In this document: one piece after another, positions 17,732 through 26,257 of the stretch
How the letters are laid out: the number at the start of each line of letters is the position of its first letter
How positions within the stretch are numbered: position 1 is the first letter of the stretch
Source: Thermoanaerobaculia bacterium
GTDB lineage: Bacteria > Acidobacteriota > Thermoanaerobaculia > UBA5066
Assembly (NCBI GenBank): GCA_963719225.1
Contig: CAVRAY010000001.1
Coordinates: forward strand, 1,504,001 to 1,568,000
DNA: 64,000 bases
Reading direction: 5' to 3'
Position numbers and translations under genes: made by a program
The notes under the pieces: generated by a model
Seen by the model: only the letters and a program-made list of their open reading frames with translations
What the model was told of the DNA's origin: nothing
Database searches by the model: none

Positions 17732-19081
17732 ATGGCGCTGAAGCGCGAGATCGGGCTCTGGCAGGGCACCGCCCTGAACATCATCGACATGGTGGGGATC
17801 GGTCCCTTCGTGACCCTTCCCCTCATTCTCGCCGCGATGGGCGGAGGCCGCGCGCTCGGCGCCTGGATCCTGGGTGCCGTGCTCGCGATCGCGGACGGGC
17901 TCGTCACGGCCGAGCTGTCGGCCGAGCTGCCGCGGGCCGGCGGCTCGTACGCGTTCCTGAGAGAGGCCTACGGCCAGGCGCGCTGGGGCCGGCTCGTGTC
18001 GTTCCTGTTCCTCTTCCAGATCATCTTCTCGGCTCCGCTCTCGATGGCTTCCGGGGCGATCGGCTTCTCGCGCTATCTCCACTTCGTGTTTCCCGAAATC
18101 CCGGAGAGGTGGGAGGCGCCCGTGGCGTCGCTGCTGTGCGTCGCCGTCACGCTCCTCCTCATGCGCCGGATCGGCGCCATCGGGAAATTCTCCGTGGTCC
18201 TCTGGATCGGCGTCCTCGCGACTCTCGGGATCGTGATCGGACTCGGCCTTCCGCACCTGAAGCTCGAGGCGTTCCGGTTCTGGGAGGCCCCCGTGGTGTC
18301 GGCGCCGGGAATCGCACCGCCCGCCGGCGTCCTCGGCGGGCTCGGACTGGCGCTCATCCTCGCCGTGTACGACTATCTCGGCTACTACAACGTCTGCTAC
18401 CTCGCGGAGGAGATCGTCGAGCCGACGAAGACGATCCCACGCGTGATCGTCATCTCGATCCTTTCGGTGGCGGTCCTCTACATCCTCATGAACGCCTGCA
18501 TCGTCTCCGTCCTTCCGATGGCGGAGGCCATGAGCTCGAAGTCCACGGTCGCGGACTTCGTCGCGGTGCTCGCGGGCCGGCCCGTCGCGCGGCTCGTGAC
18601 CGGTCTCATCCTCTGGACCGCGTTCGCCTCCGTCTTCTCGCTGACGCTCGGCTACTCACGCATCCTCTTCGCGGCCGCGCGGGACGGAAATTTCTTTCCG
18701 ATCTTCGCGCGACTGCATCCGACCGAAGGCTATCCCGTCGTCGCGATCGCCGCGCTCGGCGGTGCGGCGGCCGTGTTCTCATTCCTCGACCTGAGGACCG
18801 TCGTCTCGGGCATCGTGTCGATCCGCGCCGTCATCCCGTTCATCGCGCAGATCGCGGCGGCCCTCATCCTCCGGAAGACGCGTCCGGACCTCGCGCGCCC
18901 GTTCCGCATGTGGCTCTACCCGCTGCCGGCGTTGATCGCGCTTCTCCTCTGGGGATTCGTCCTTCTCTCGCCCGAGAAAGGGTTCAAGGTGACGGGCCTC
19001 GTCGTGATGGGCGCCGGCGTCGTGGCGTACCTCGGGATGGCGCGGAGAAAGGCACAATGGCCTTTCACCCGTCCCGCCTGA
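17732..19081 (+). CDS. APC-family amino acid permease
   Basis: About 12 hydrophobic segments; MVGIGPF, AELSAELPRAGGSYAFL, RPFRMWLYPLP. Confidence 0.9.
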   Translation: MALKREIGLWQGTALNIIDMVGIGPFVTLPLILAAMGGGRALGAWILGAVLAIADGLVTAELSAELPRAGGSYAFLREAYGQARWGRLVSFLFLFQIIFSAPLSMASGAIGFSRYLHFVFPEIPERWEAPVASLLCVAVTLLLMRRIGAIGKFSVVLWIGVLATLGIVIGLGLPHLKLEAFRFWEAPVVSAPGIAPPAGVLGGLGLALILAVYDYLGYYNVCYLAEEIVEPTKTIPRVIVISILSVAVLYILMNACIVSVLPMAEAMSSKSTVADFVAVLAGRPVARLVTGLILWTAFASVFSLTLGYSRILFAAARDGNFFPIFARLHPTEGYPVVAIAALGGAAAVFSFLDLRTVVSGIVSIRAVIPFIAQIAAALILRKTRPDLARPFRMWLYPLPALIALLLWGFVLLSPEKGFKVTGLVVMGAGVVAYLGMARRKAQWPFTRPA

Positions 19082-19103
19082 CAGGAAAACGAAGGGAGTC
19101 CGC

Positions 19104-20075
19104 ATGAAAAGCATGGCCGTCCTGACGAGCGGAGGCGACGCGCCGGGCATGAACGCGGCGATCCGCGCCGTCGTCCGCGCGGGGATCGCGCAGGGCTGGA
19201 GCGTTTTCGGCGTCCACCACGGCTTCGCGGGGCTCCTCGGCGGCGAGCTCTCGCCGCTCGGCCCACGGGACGTGGGCGGCATCATCCAGCAGGGCGGAAC
19301 GATGCTCGGGAGCGCGCGCTGCGACGCGTTCAAGACCGCGGTCGGGCGGGAACAGGCGCTCGGCGTTCTCAGGGCCCGCGGCATCGAATCCCTCGTCGTG
19401 ATCGGCGGCAGCGGCTCGCAGGTCGGGGCGCACTCTCTCGCGAAGGCCGGGTTCCCCGTCGCGGGAGTCGCGTCCACGATCGACAACGACCTGCCGGGCT
19501 CGGACATCACGATCGGCGTCGACACGGCTCTCAACATCGCGCTGGAAGCCATCGACCGCCTGAAGGTCACGGCGTCCTCCCACGAGCGCGCGTTCCTCGT
19601 CGAGGTCATGGGACGGGACTGCGGATACCTCGCGCTCATGGCGGGAATCGCGGGAGGTGCCGAGGCGATCGTCATTCCCGAGGTGGAGACGAGCCCCGAG
19701 GATCTCGCGAAGGAGCTCTTCGCGTCGCGCGAGCGCGGAAAGAGACACGCGATCGTGGTCGTCGCCGAAGGCGCGCGACACAACGCGCGGGCGCTCGCGC
19801 AGTACTTCCGGGAGAACGAGAAGCGCCTCGGCTTCGACCTGCGCGTCACGCAGCTCGGGCACGTGCAGCGCGGCGGGTCGCCGGGTGCTTTCGACCGGCT
19901 CCTCGCGACGCGCCTCGGCGCGGCAGCGGTCCAGCGTCTCGCGGCGGGGGAGTCCGGCATTCTCGTCGGCCAGCTGAAAGGCGCCGTGTCGGCGACGCCG
20001 CTCGAGGACGTCGCGGGCAAGACGAAACCTCTGGATCCATCGCTCTTCGCCCTCGCGCGCGCGATGTCGAGTTAG
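19104..20075 (+). CDS. pfkA: 6-phosphofructokinase
   Basis: LTSGGDAPGMNAAIR, GGTMLGSAR, TIDND, EVMGR, LGHVQRGG. Confidence 0.92.
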   Translation: MKSMAVLTSGGDAPGMNAAIRAVVRAGIAQGWSVFGVHHGFAGLLGGELSPLGPRDVGGIIQQGGTMLGSARCDAFKTAVGREQALGVLRARGIESLVVIGGSGSQVGAHSLAKAGFPVAGVASTIDNDLPGSDITIGVDTALNIALEAIDRLKVTASSHERAFLVEVMGRDCGYLALMAGIAGGAEAIVIPEVETSPEDLAKELFASRERGKRHAIVVVAEGARHNARALAQYFRENEKRLGFDLRVTQLGHVQRGGSPGAFDRLLATRLGAAAVQRLAAGESGILVGQLKGAVSATPLEDVAGKTKPLDPSLFALARAMSS

Positions 20076-20112
20076 AGCGGGCCCTGCTAACATCCCGCCT
20101 CCGAGGCGGGAC

Positions 20113-20188
20113 GGCGACGTACCCAAGTGGTTAAGGGAAGGCTCTGCAAAAGCCTCATTCGTCGGTTCGACTCCGACCGTCGCCTCCA
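20113..20188 (+). tRNA. tRNA-Cys(GCA)
   Basis: GGCGACG/CGTCGCC acceptor stem, anticodon arm AGGCT-CTGCAAA-AGCCT, GGTTCGACTCC T-arm, encoded CCA. Confidence 0.95.
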
Positions 20189-20234
20189 ATCCCGCCCCTC
20201 CCTCGCGCACGGCTCCCGGCGTAAGCTTCTCGGC

Positions 20235-20319
20235 GCCGGAGTGGCGAAATGGCAGACGCAGGGGACTTAAAATCCCCAGGCCTGAAAGGGCCGTGAGGGT
20301 TCGAGTCCCTCCTCCGGTA
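20235..20319 (+). tRNA. tRNA-Leu(TAA)
   Basis: GCCGGAG/CTCCGGT acceptor stem, GGGGA-CTTAAAA-TCCCC anticodon arm, long variable arm, GGTTCGAGTCC; CCA not encoded. Confidence 0.95.
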
Positions 20320-20326
20320 CGAACTC

Positions 20327-22519
20327 ATGCGGCCCGCGCTGGTTCTCGCCCTGGTGTTCCTGGCGGCTCGCCCGCTGGGCGCTCAGGGCATCCTCGAGTT
20401 CCCGCTCCCGGCGTCGGGAACCCCGTACGGAATCGCCTCGGGGCCTGATGGGGCGCTGTGGTTCACGGAGTTCGGCCTCAACAAGATCGGGCGGATCACG
20501 GCGGGAGGCGTGCTGACGGAGTTTCCCCTCGCCTTCGCCACGTCGCCGCGGGGGATCGCTTGGGGTCCGGACGGGGCGTTATGGTTCTGCGAGCTCAGCA
20601 CGAACATGATCGGCCGCATCACGACGGCCGGAGTGATCACGGAGTTCCCGGTTCCGGGGGGCGGCAGTCCGGAAGCGATCACGGCGGGACCCGACGGCGC
20701 TCTGTGGTTCACGGAGCTCTCGAGCAACCAGATCGGGCGGATCACGACGTCGGGCGTCATCACGGAGTACCTCGTGCCTTCGGCGGCCGGCGGTCTCTAC
20801 TCGATCGTGGGCGGCCCGGATGGGGCGCTGTGGTTCACGCTCTCGGGCGCCGACAAGATCGGGCGGATCACGACGTCCGGTGTCTTCACGCTCTTTCCCC
20901 TGCCCACGGCGGTCTCCTCTCCCGTGGCCATCGTGCCCGGCCCGGACGGAGCGCTTTGGTTCGTCGAGCGGGATGCCCATCAGGTCGTCCGGATCACGAC
21001 GTCGGGGGCCGTGACGGAGTACCCGATGCCGGAGACGACGCGCAGCTTTGGAATCGCGTCGGGTCCGGACGGGAACCTGTGGTTCACCGCGTTCGACGCC
21101 AACAAGATCGGTCGCATCACTCCCTCGGGCACGATCACGGAGTTCCTGATTCCGACGACCGACAGCGGGCCCTACGGCATCGTGACCGGAGCGGACGGCG
21201 GCCTGTGGTTCACGGAATACCGGGGTCAGAAGATCGGACGCTTTCAGATCGGGGGAACGCCGCCCCCGCAGATCGACGTCGAATTCTCCGCGGCCGGCAC
21301 GCCGTACGGGATCACGTCCGGCCCCGACGGCGCCGTCTGGTTCACGGAGGCCGGCCTCGGCAGGATCGGGCGGATCACGACGGGCGGCGTGTTGACGGAG
21401 TTTCCGGTTCCGACATTCGCCGCGCAACCGCGGGGAATCGCCGCGGGGCCGGACGGCGCCCTCTGGTTCACGGAGTTCGGCGCGAACAAGATCGGGCGCA
21501 TCACGACGTCGGGCGCGCTCACGGAGTTTCCCGTCCCGGGCGGGGGAAACGCCGAGGCGATAACGGCGGGGCCGGACGGGGCGCTGTGGTTCACGGAGTT
21601 CACGAGCAATCAGATCGGGCGAATCACGACCGCGGGGGCCATCACGGAATACGCGGTTCCGGTGGCGGCGGGCGGTCTCTATTCGATCGTCAGAGGCCCG
21701 GACGGCGCGCTCTGGTTCGCGCTATCGGGCGCCAACAAGGTCGGCCGGATCACGACCGCAGGGGCGATCACCCTGTTTCCGATCCCGACGAACAACGCCT
21801 CGCCGGTCTGGATCACGTCCGGGCCGGACGGAGCGCTCTGGTTCGTGGAGCGCGACGCCGGAAAGATCGGGCGGATCACGACGGCGGGGTCCGTCACGGA
21901 GTACCCGCTGCCGGTTTATTCACGGACCTTCGGCATCGCCACCGGCTCCGACGGGAACCTCTGGTTCACCAGCTTCGATGCCGACAGGATTGGCCGTATC
22001 ACGCCGGCCGGGGCGATCTCGGAATTCCTGATCCCGACGCCCGAGGCCGGGCCGTACGCCATCGCGGCCGGACCGGACGGCGCTCTCTGGTTCACGGAGT
22101 ACCGCGCGAACAAGATCGGCAAAATCACGCCGCCGGCGCCGCTCACGGGAGCCCACCTGCATCCGATCGCCCCGTGCCGCGCGGTCGATACGCGGAACAC
22201 GGACGGGCCGGTCGGAGGCCCCGCCCTCGTCGCCGGCACCGAGCGTCTCTTCGCGCTGGCCGGCCGGTGCGGGGTGCCTTCTGGCGCACGCGCTCTCACG
22301 GTCAACATCACAGTTACCCGGGGAACGGCATCAGGCTCGCTGAGCCTTTATCCCGCGGGATCGGGACTGCCGATCGCGACGTCGATCAGCTACGGCACCG
22401 GACAGACGCGTGCGAACAACGCGATCGTCGGGCTCGGGAGCGGCGTGACGTTCGTCTTCTGCCGTCAGCCGGCGGGCACGGTGCACTTCATCGTGGACGT
22501 GAGCGGCTACTTCCAGTGA
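20327..22519 (+). CDS. Secreted Vgb (virginiamycin B lyase)-like double beta-propeller protein with C-terminal PCRxxDTR...DVSGYF domain
   Basis: Signal peptide; 14 'GPDGALWF..IGRIT..G..TEF' blades; about 125-aa C-terminal domain. Confidence 0.85.
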   Translation: MRPALVLALVFLAARPLGAQGILEFPLPASGTPYGIASGPDGALWFTEFGLNKIGRITAGGVLTEFPLAFATSPRGIAWGPDGALWFCELSTNMIGRITTAGVITEFPVPGGGSPEAITAGPDGALWFTELSSNQIGRITTSGVITEYLVPSAAGGLYSIVGGPDGALWFTLSGADKIGRITTSGVFTLFPLPTAVSSPVAIVPGPDGALWFVERDAHQVVRITTSGAVTEYPMPETTRSFGIASGPDGNLWFTAFDANKIGRITPSGTITEFLIPTTDSGPYGIVTGADGGLWFTEYRGQKIGRFQIGGTPPPQIDVEFSAAGTPYGITSGPDGAVWFTEAGLGRIGRITTGGVLTEFPVPTFAAQPRGIAAGPDGALWFTEFGANKIGRITTSGALTEFPVPGGGNAEAITAGPDGALWFTEFTSNQIGRITTAGAITEYAVPVAAGGLYSIVRGPDGALWFALSGANKVGRITTAGAITLFPIPTNNASPVWITSGPDGALWFVERDAGKIGRITTAGSVTEYPLPVYSRTFGIATGSDGNLWFTSFDADRIGRITPAGAISEFLIPTPEAGPYAIAAGPDGALWFTEYRANKIGKITPPAPLTGAHLHPIAPCRAVDTRNTDGPVGGPALVAGTERLFALAGRCGVPSGARALTVNITVTRGTASGSLSLYPAGSGLPIATSISYGTGQTRANNAIVGLGSGVTFVFCRQPAGTVHFIVDVSGYFQ

Positions 22520-22557
22520 GTGGCGACCGGACGACCTAGAATCGCGCGGGAGGTCCG

Positions 22558-23265
22558 ATGTCCGCGGAGAGCCCCGACGCCGTCGACGCGCTCGAGCGCG
22601 CTCTCGGCCATCGCTTTCGCGATTCCGTCCTGCTTCGCCGCGCCCTCACGCACGCCTCGTTCGCGAACGAGAACGTGGACGTGGAGGACAACGAGAAGCT
22701 GGAGTTCCTCGGCGACAGCGTCCTCAACTTCCTCGTGGCGGAAAAGCTCTTCGCGGCGTTTCCTCTCGAGAACGAGGGCACGCTGTCAAAGGCCCGTTCG
22801 CAGCTCGTCTCGGAAGAGCACTTCGCGTCGCTCGCGCGACGCATCGGGCTCGGTTCGGCGCTGCGCCTCTCGCCCGGCGAGGAACGCTCGGGCGGCCGCG
22901 ACCGCGACGCGCGCCTCGCGGACGCCTTCGAGGCGGTGTTCGCGGCGCTCCTGCTCGATGGCGGGATCGAGGCGGCGCGCGAGGCGGCCGGACGCCTCTT
23001 CGACGCGGACCTGGCCGCGCTCGACCTCGGAGAGCTCCACCGGCACGACCCCAAGACGGCGCTCCAGGAGAGGGCGCAGGCGGAAGGAAAGCCGCTGCCG
23101 GCCTATCAACTCGTCGAGGAGAGCGGCCCGCCGCACGACAGGCGCTTCGCCTATGAAGTGACTTATGGCGAGGAATTCAGCGCACGCGGACAGGGGAACT
23201 CGAAGAAGGACGCCCAGCGGGCCGCGGCTGACGCCCTGCTGAAGAGTCTGGAGAAGAAAGAATAG
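22558..23265 (+). CDS. rnc: Ribonuclease III
   Basis: ALTHAS, NEKLEFLGD, ADAFEA, dsRBD DPKTALQE...GPPHDRRF...SKKDAQ; GGAGG RBS. Confidence 0.96.
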   Translation: MSAESPDAVDALERALGHRFRDSVLLRRALTHASFANENVDVEDNEKLEFLGDSVLNFLVAEKLFAAFPLENEGTLSKARSQLVSEEHFASLARRIGLGSALRLSPGEERSGGRDRDARLADAFEAVFAALLLDGGIEAAREAAGRLFDADLAALDLGELHRHDPKTALQERAQAEGKPLPAYQLVEESGPPHDRRFAYEVTYGEEFSARGQGNSKKDAQRAAADALLKSLEKKE

Positions 23266-23278
23266 AAGAATTTCTTCC

Positions 23279-23344
23279 TGCAAGGAAATGACTTGGCTTG
23301 CGCATATCGATCTGGAGCCGGTTCACGTGTGGCCGGCCGGGAGG
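23279..23344 (+). promoter_or_regulatory. Duplicated upstream element / candidate ECF promoter (copy 1)
   Basis: TGCAAGGAAA-N7-GCTTGCGCATATC..TCTGGAGCCGGTTCACGT.TGGCCGGCCGGGAGG, repeated at 26187-26252. Confidence 0.55.
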
Positions 23345-23349
23345 TTGGT

Positions 23350-26085
23350 ATGCGCTGTGGTCGCCTCGCCCGGGAGTCCCTTGCCGCGGTCGTCCTGCTG
23401 CTCGCGTGTCCCGCCTCCGCCCAGTCGACCTGGACGATCCCCGGGATCGTGAACGCGGGCGGACTCAACAACACACGCTTCGTCTCGGACGTGATGATGA
23501 CGAACCCGGGGGCGACGGCGACGGAAGTCACGATCTCCTTCGTCCCGTCGTCGACCTCGAACGCGAGAACCGTCACGCTGAACGCCGGCGAGACGCTGGT
23601 GTACCGGAACGTCGTCGACTCGCTGTTCGGAACGTCGGGCGCCGGAGCTCTCTCGATCTCGTCCGACCAGCCGCTCCTCCTGCGCGCCAGGACGTACAAC
23701 ACGGCATCGGGCGGGACTTACGGCGTTGCGCTGCCCGTCTACCCGAACGACAGGCTCATGAGCGCGGGTGACAGGATGGACAGCCTCTGGATCAGCCAGG
23801 ACGCGTCGGGAAGGTCGGGGTATCGAACCAACATCGCCGTCGTGTTCCCGGACGAAAGAGGCGGTGCCGCCATCGTGACTGTCTTCGATGCGGAAGGGAA
23901 CGAGCGTGGCAAGCAGGACTACGCACTCGACACGGCCGGGCTCCAGCAGTTCGCGGTCGGCGGCTTCGCGGGGGCGGTTTCGATCGGACGAGCAGAGATC
24001 GCCGTGACGCGCGGACGGGCGGGAGGCTACGCGGTCGTCGTCGACAACGTGACGGGCGACAGCTCGCTCTTTGCGTTCGAGGATCGGCCCGCAGGCCGGC
24101 AGGACGTCCTCGTCAATGGCGTGGCGAGGGCGAACGGCCGCAACAACGCCTTCTTCCGGACGGACGGGCGCTTCTATAACCCGACGGACACGGACGCGAC
24201 GGTTCAAGTCGCCTTTCACGCGAGCGGCAATTCGAACCCGGCGCCCGCGACTGCATCATTCACGTTGCCCGCGGGGAAGATCCGCGACGTCGTGGACGTC
24301 CTCGACTCGCTTCTGGGCCTGCCCGTTGGATCCGCAGGCGCGCTGCGCTTCAAGTCCGACTGGCCGGTCGCGATCCTGTGCCGCACGAGCAATGTGGATC
24401 CCTCGGGCGCGCGGCAGGGAACGTTCGGCTCGCAGCAGAAGCCGGTGCCGGTCCTTTCGTTTCTGATGTCGGCGGACGCCGGAGCCGCGATCACGGGAAT
24501 GCGCCAGGACGCGGCCTTCCGGACGAACGTCGGTTTCGCAGCCGGTGGGGAGGGCGCGGTCTACACGCTGACGCTGACGACAGCCCCGGGCGCGACGGTG
24601 GCGACGACCTCGGGGTCGCTCGGCTCGTGGGGATGGACCCAGCCGAACATTCAGGACCTCTTCCCGGGTGCTTCGATCCCGGCGGACGCAACGCTGAAGG
24701 TCCAGGTGACCCAGGGCAGCGTCGACGTCTACGACTCCTCGATCGACAACCTCTCGGGGGACCCGGTCGTCACGCCGATCGCGCCGCTCCCGGCCGACAT
24801 TCCGTCCGCGGCGACGATCGGTCCCGCGGGCGGATCGATCCGCTCCAGCGACGGGCGGCTGACGCTGAAGGTGCCGGCGGGCGCGCTGAGCCAGCCTGTG
24901 GCGTTCTCCTTCCAGTCCACGACGAACGACGCGCCGCAGGGGATGGGGCCCGGTTACCAGCTCTCTCCGTCGGGAGTCACATTCGCCAGGCCCGCGCTTC
25001 TGACGCTCGCTTACGTTCGCGCGGACACGGACAGCTCGAGTGCGGAGGCGCTGACCATCGTGAGGCGCAACGCCGCGGGTTGGACCATCGTCGGCGGAGG
25101 CACGGTCGACCCGGTTCGTCACAGTCTGACGGTCCCCCTGCTCTCGTCGTCTCCGGCCCCGGCGGCGCGTGGGCAGGTGCGGAGCTCCGCCGCGGCCGGA
25201 CTGGGCGACCTGGAGGTCGTGAGGAGCTGGGAGCTCCAGCCGTCGGGCCGTCAGACCGTCTTCACGAAGAAACAACTCAAGTTCTCGGTCTACTCGGTTT
25301 CGGAGTCGTCGAGCAGCAGCCTGGGCGACTTCCTGAATGGGCCCATCCTCTCGAACTCACCGTACGAGGTGAAGGCCGATTGGTACGCGAACGACGTTCC
25401 ATATGGAGACACCGAGAATGGCTACATCGCCCCCGAGACAGGAACTCTCAGCGCGCTCTATCAGGCGCCCAACTGTGCCCCGCACGAGAACCCCGTGAGG
25501 ATCGACGCCGTGATCATCAACAGGACCGGTTTCAAGATGCCGTACCGGCCGAGTGGCCTCGCACAAGTGCGCGTTGTCCCGCGAGATTGGAAATTGAAGA
25601 TCGCGCCGCACTTCTTCATTGTCTGTGCTGTCAACAAGAACCCGTTCTCGGACGAAGTCAAGTGGGTCGAGGGCATGGAGGTCGATTTCAGCCTCCAAGA
25701 CGACTTCCATACTCAGACGAATTTCCTGCTTCCCGCGCCGAGTTCCCATGCGCGGTCCGCGTGCCCGGTCTGCCCGGGCGGGAAATTGATAACGCATGAC
25801 CCGGGCGGCGCGGACAGTCCGCTGCTGGTGATCCTCCCCGAAATCCGGTGGAACAAGGAAACCGACAACATGACATTGGACCTCACCCTCTCGTATGACG
25901 GCCGCACAGGGGCCCGGAGCAAATGCGATAAGGAAGAGTTCTACCCGGAAACCGACTACGGCGGCTTCGATGATTCCACGAGGTACGTCTTCGCGCCAGG
26001 TGAGACCAAGGGGTTCATCCATCATCTGGAGAGAGGCGTGAGTACCCTGCTCGGCAGCGTGAAGCTTGAGGAGCACTGCCGCTAG
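23350..26085 (+). CDS. Secreted multidomain protein with ZU5 domain (paralog 1)
   Basis: Signal peptide; two about 230-aa modules ending in DNxxGD; ZU5-like IGPAGGSIRSSDGRLTLKVPAGAL...YQLSPSGVTFARP; Cys-containing variable tail. Confidence 0.8.
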   Translation: MRCGRLARESLAAVVLLLACPASAQSTWTIPGIVNAGGLNNTRFVSDVMMTNPGATATEVTISFVPSSTSNARTVTLNAGETLVYRNVVDSLFGTSGAGALSISSDQPLLLRARTYNTASGGTYGVALPVYPNDRLMSAGDRMDSLWISQDASGRSGYRTNIAVVFPDERGGAAIVTVFDAEGNERGKQDYALDTAGLQQFAVGGFAGAVSIGRAEIAVTRGRAGGYAVVVDNVTGDSSLFAFEDRPAGRQDVLVNGVARANGRNNAFFRTDGRFYNPTDTDATVQVAFHASGNSNPAPATASFTLPAGKIRDVVDVLDSLLGLPVGSAGALRFKSDWPVAILCRTSNVDPSGARQGTFGSQQKPVPVLSFLMSADAGAAITGMRQDAAFRTNVGFAAGGEGAVYTLTLTTAPGATVATTSGSLGSWGWTQPNIQDLFPGASIPADATLKVQVTQGSVDVYDSSIDNLSGDPVVTPIAPLPADIPSAATIGPAGGSIRSSDGRLTLKVPAGALSQPVAFSFQSTTNDAPQGMGPGYQLSPSGVTFARPALLTLAYVRADTDSSSAEALTIVRRNAAGWTIVGGGTVDPVRHSLTVPLLSSSPAPAARGQVRSSAAAGLGDLEVVRSWELQPSGRQTVFTKKQLKFSVYSVSESSSSSLGDFLNGPILSNSPYEVKADWYANDVPYGDTENGYIAPETGTLSALYQAPNCAPHENPVRIDAVIINRTGFKMPYRPSGLAQVRVVPRDWKLKIAPHFFIVCAVNKNPFSDEVKWVEGMEVDFSLQDDFHTQTNFLLPAPSSHARSACPVCPGGKLITHDPGGADSPLLVILPEIRWNKETDNMTLDLTLSYDGRTGARSKCDKEEFYPETDYGGFDDSTRYVFAPGETKGFIHHLERGVSTLLGSVKLEEHCR

Positions 26086-26186
26086 TCGCATCCGTCACGC
26101 GCCCTGAGCGCTTCGGCAAAAGGGAAACCCGGCCTCAGGCTGACACGCGGCCCGCGGCCGGCTGCACGCATCTTTCCAGCAGAGCC

Positions 26187-26252
26187 TGCAACGAATCTCC
26201 TCCGTTTGCGCATATCTGTCTGGAGCCGGTTCACGTTTGGCCGGCCGGGAGG
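26187..26252 (+). promoter_or_regulatory. Duplicated upstream element / candidate ECF promoter (copy 2)
   Basis: TGCAACGAAT-N7-GTTTGCGCATATC... with the same spacing as 23279-23344. Confidence 0.55.
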
Positions 26253-26257
26253 ATCGG

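Noticed and set aside
20387-22135. Regular about 125-bp repeats as a possible CRISPR or non-coding repeat array
   Set aside because: Repeats are degenerate at third codon positions and encode propeller blades; no identical repeats with unique spacers and no cas genes.
20327-22519. Streptogramin resistance gene (vgb)
   Set aside because: Only the fold repeat matches; the protein is secreted, duplicated and lacks an evident catalytic His motif.
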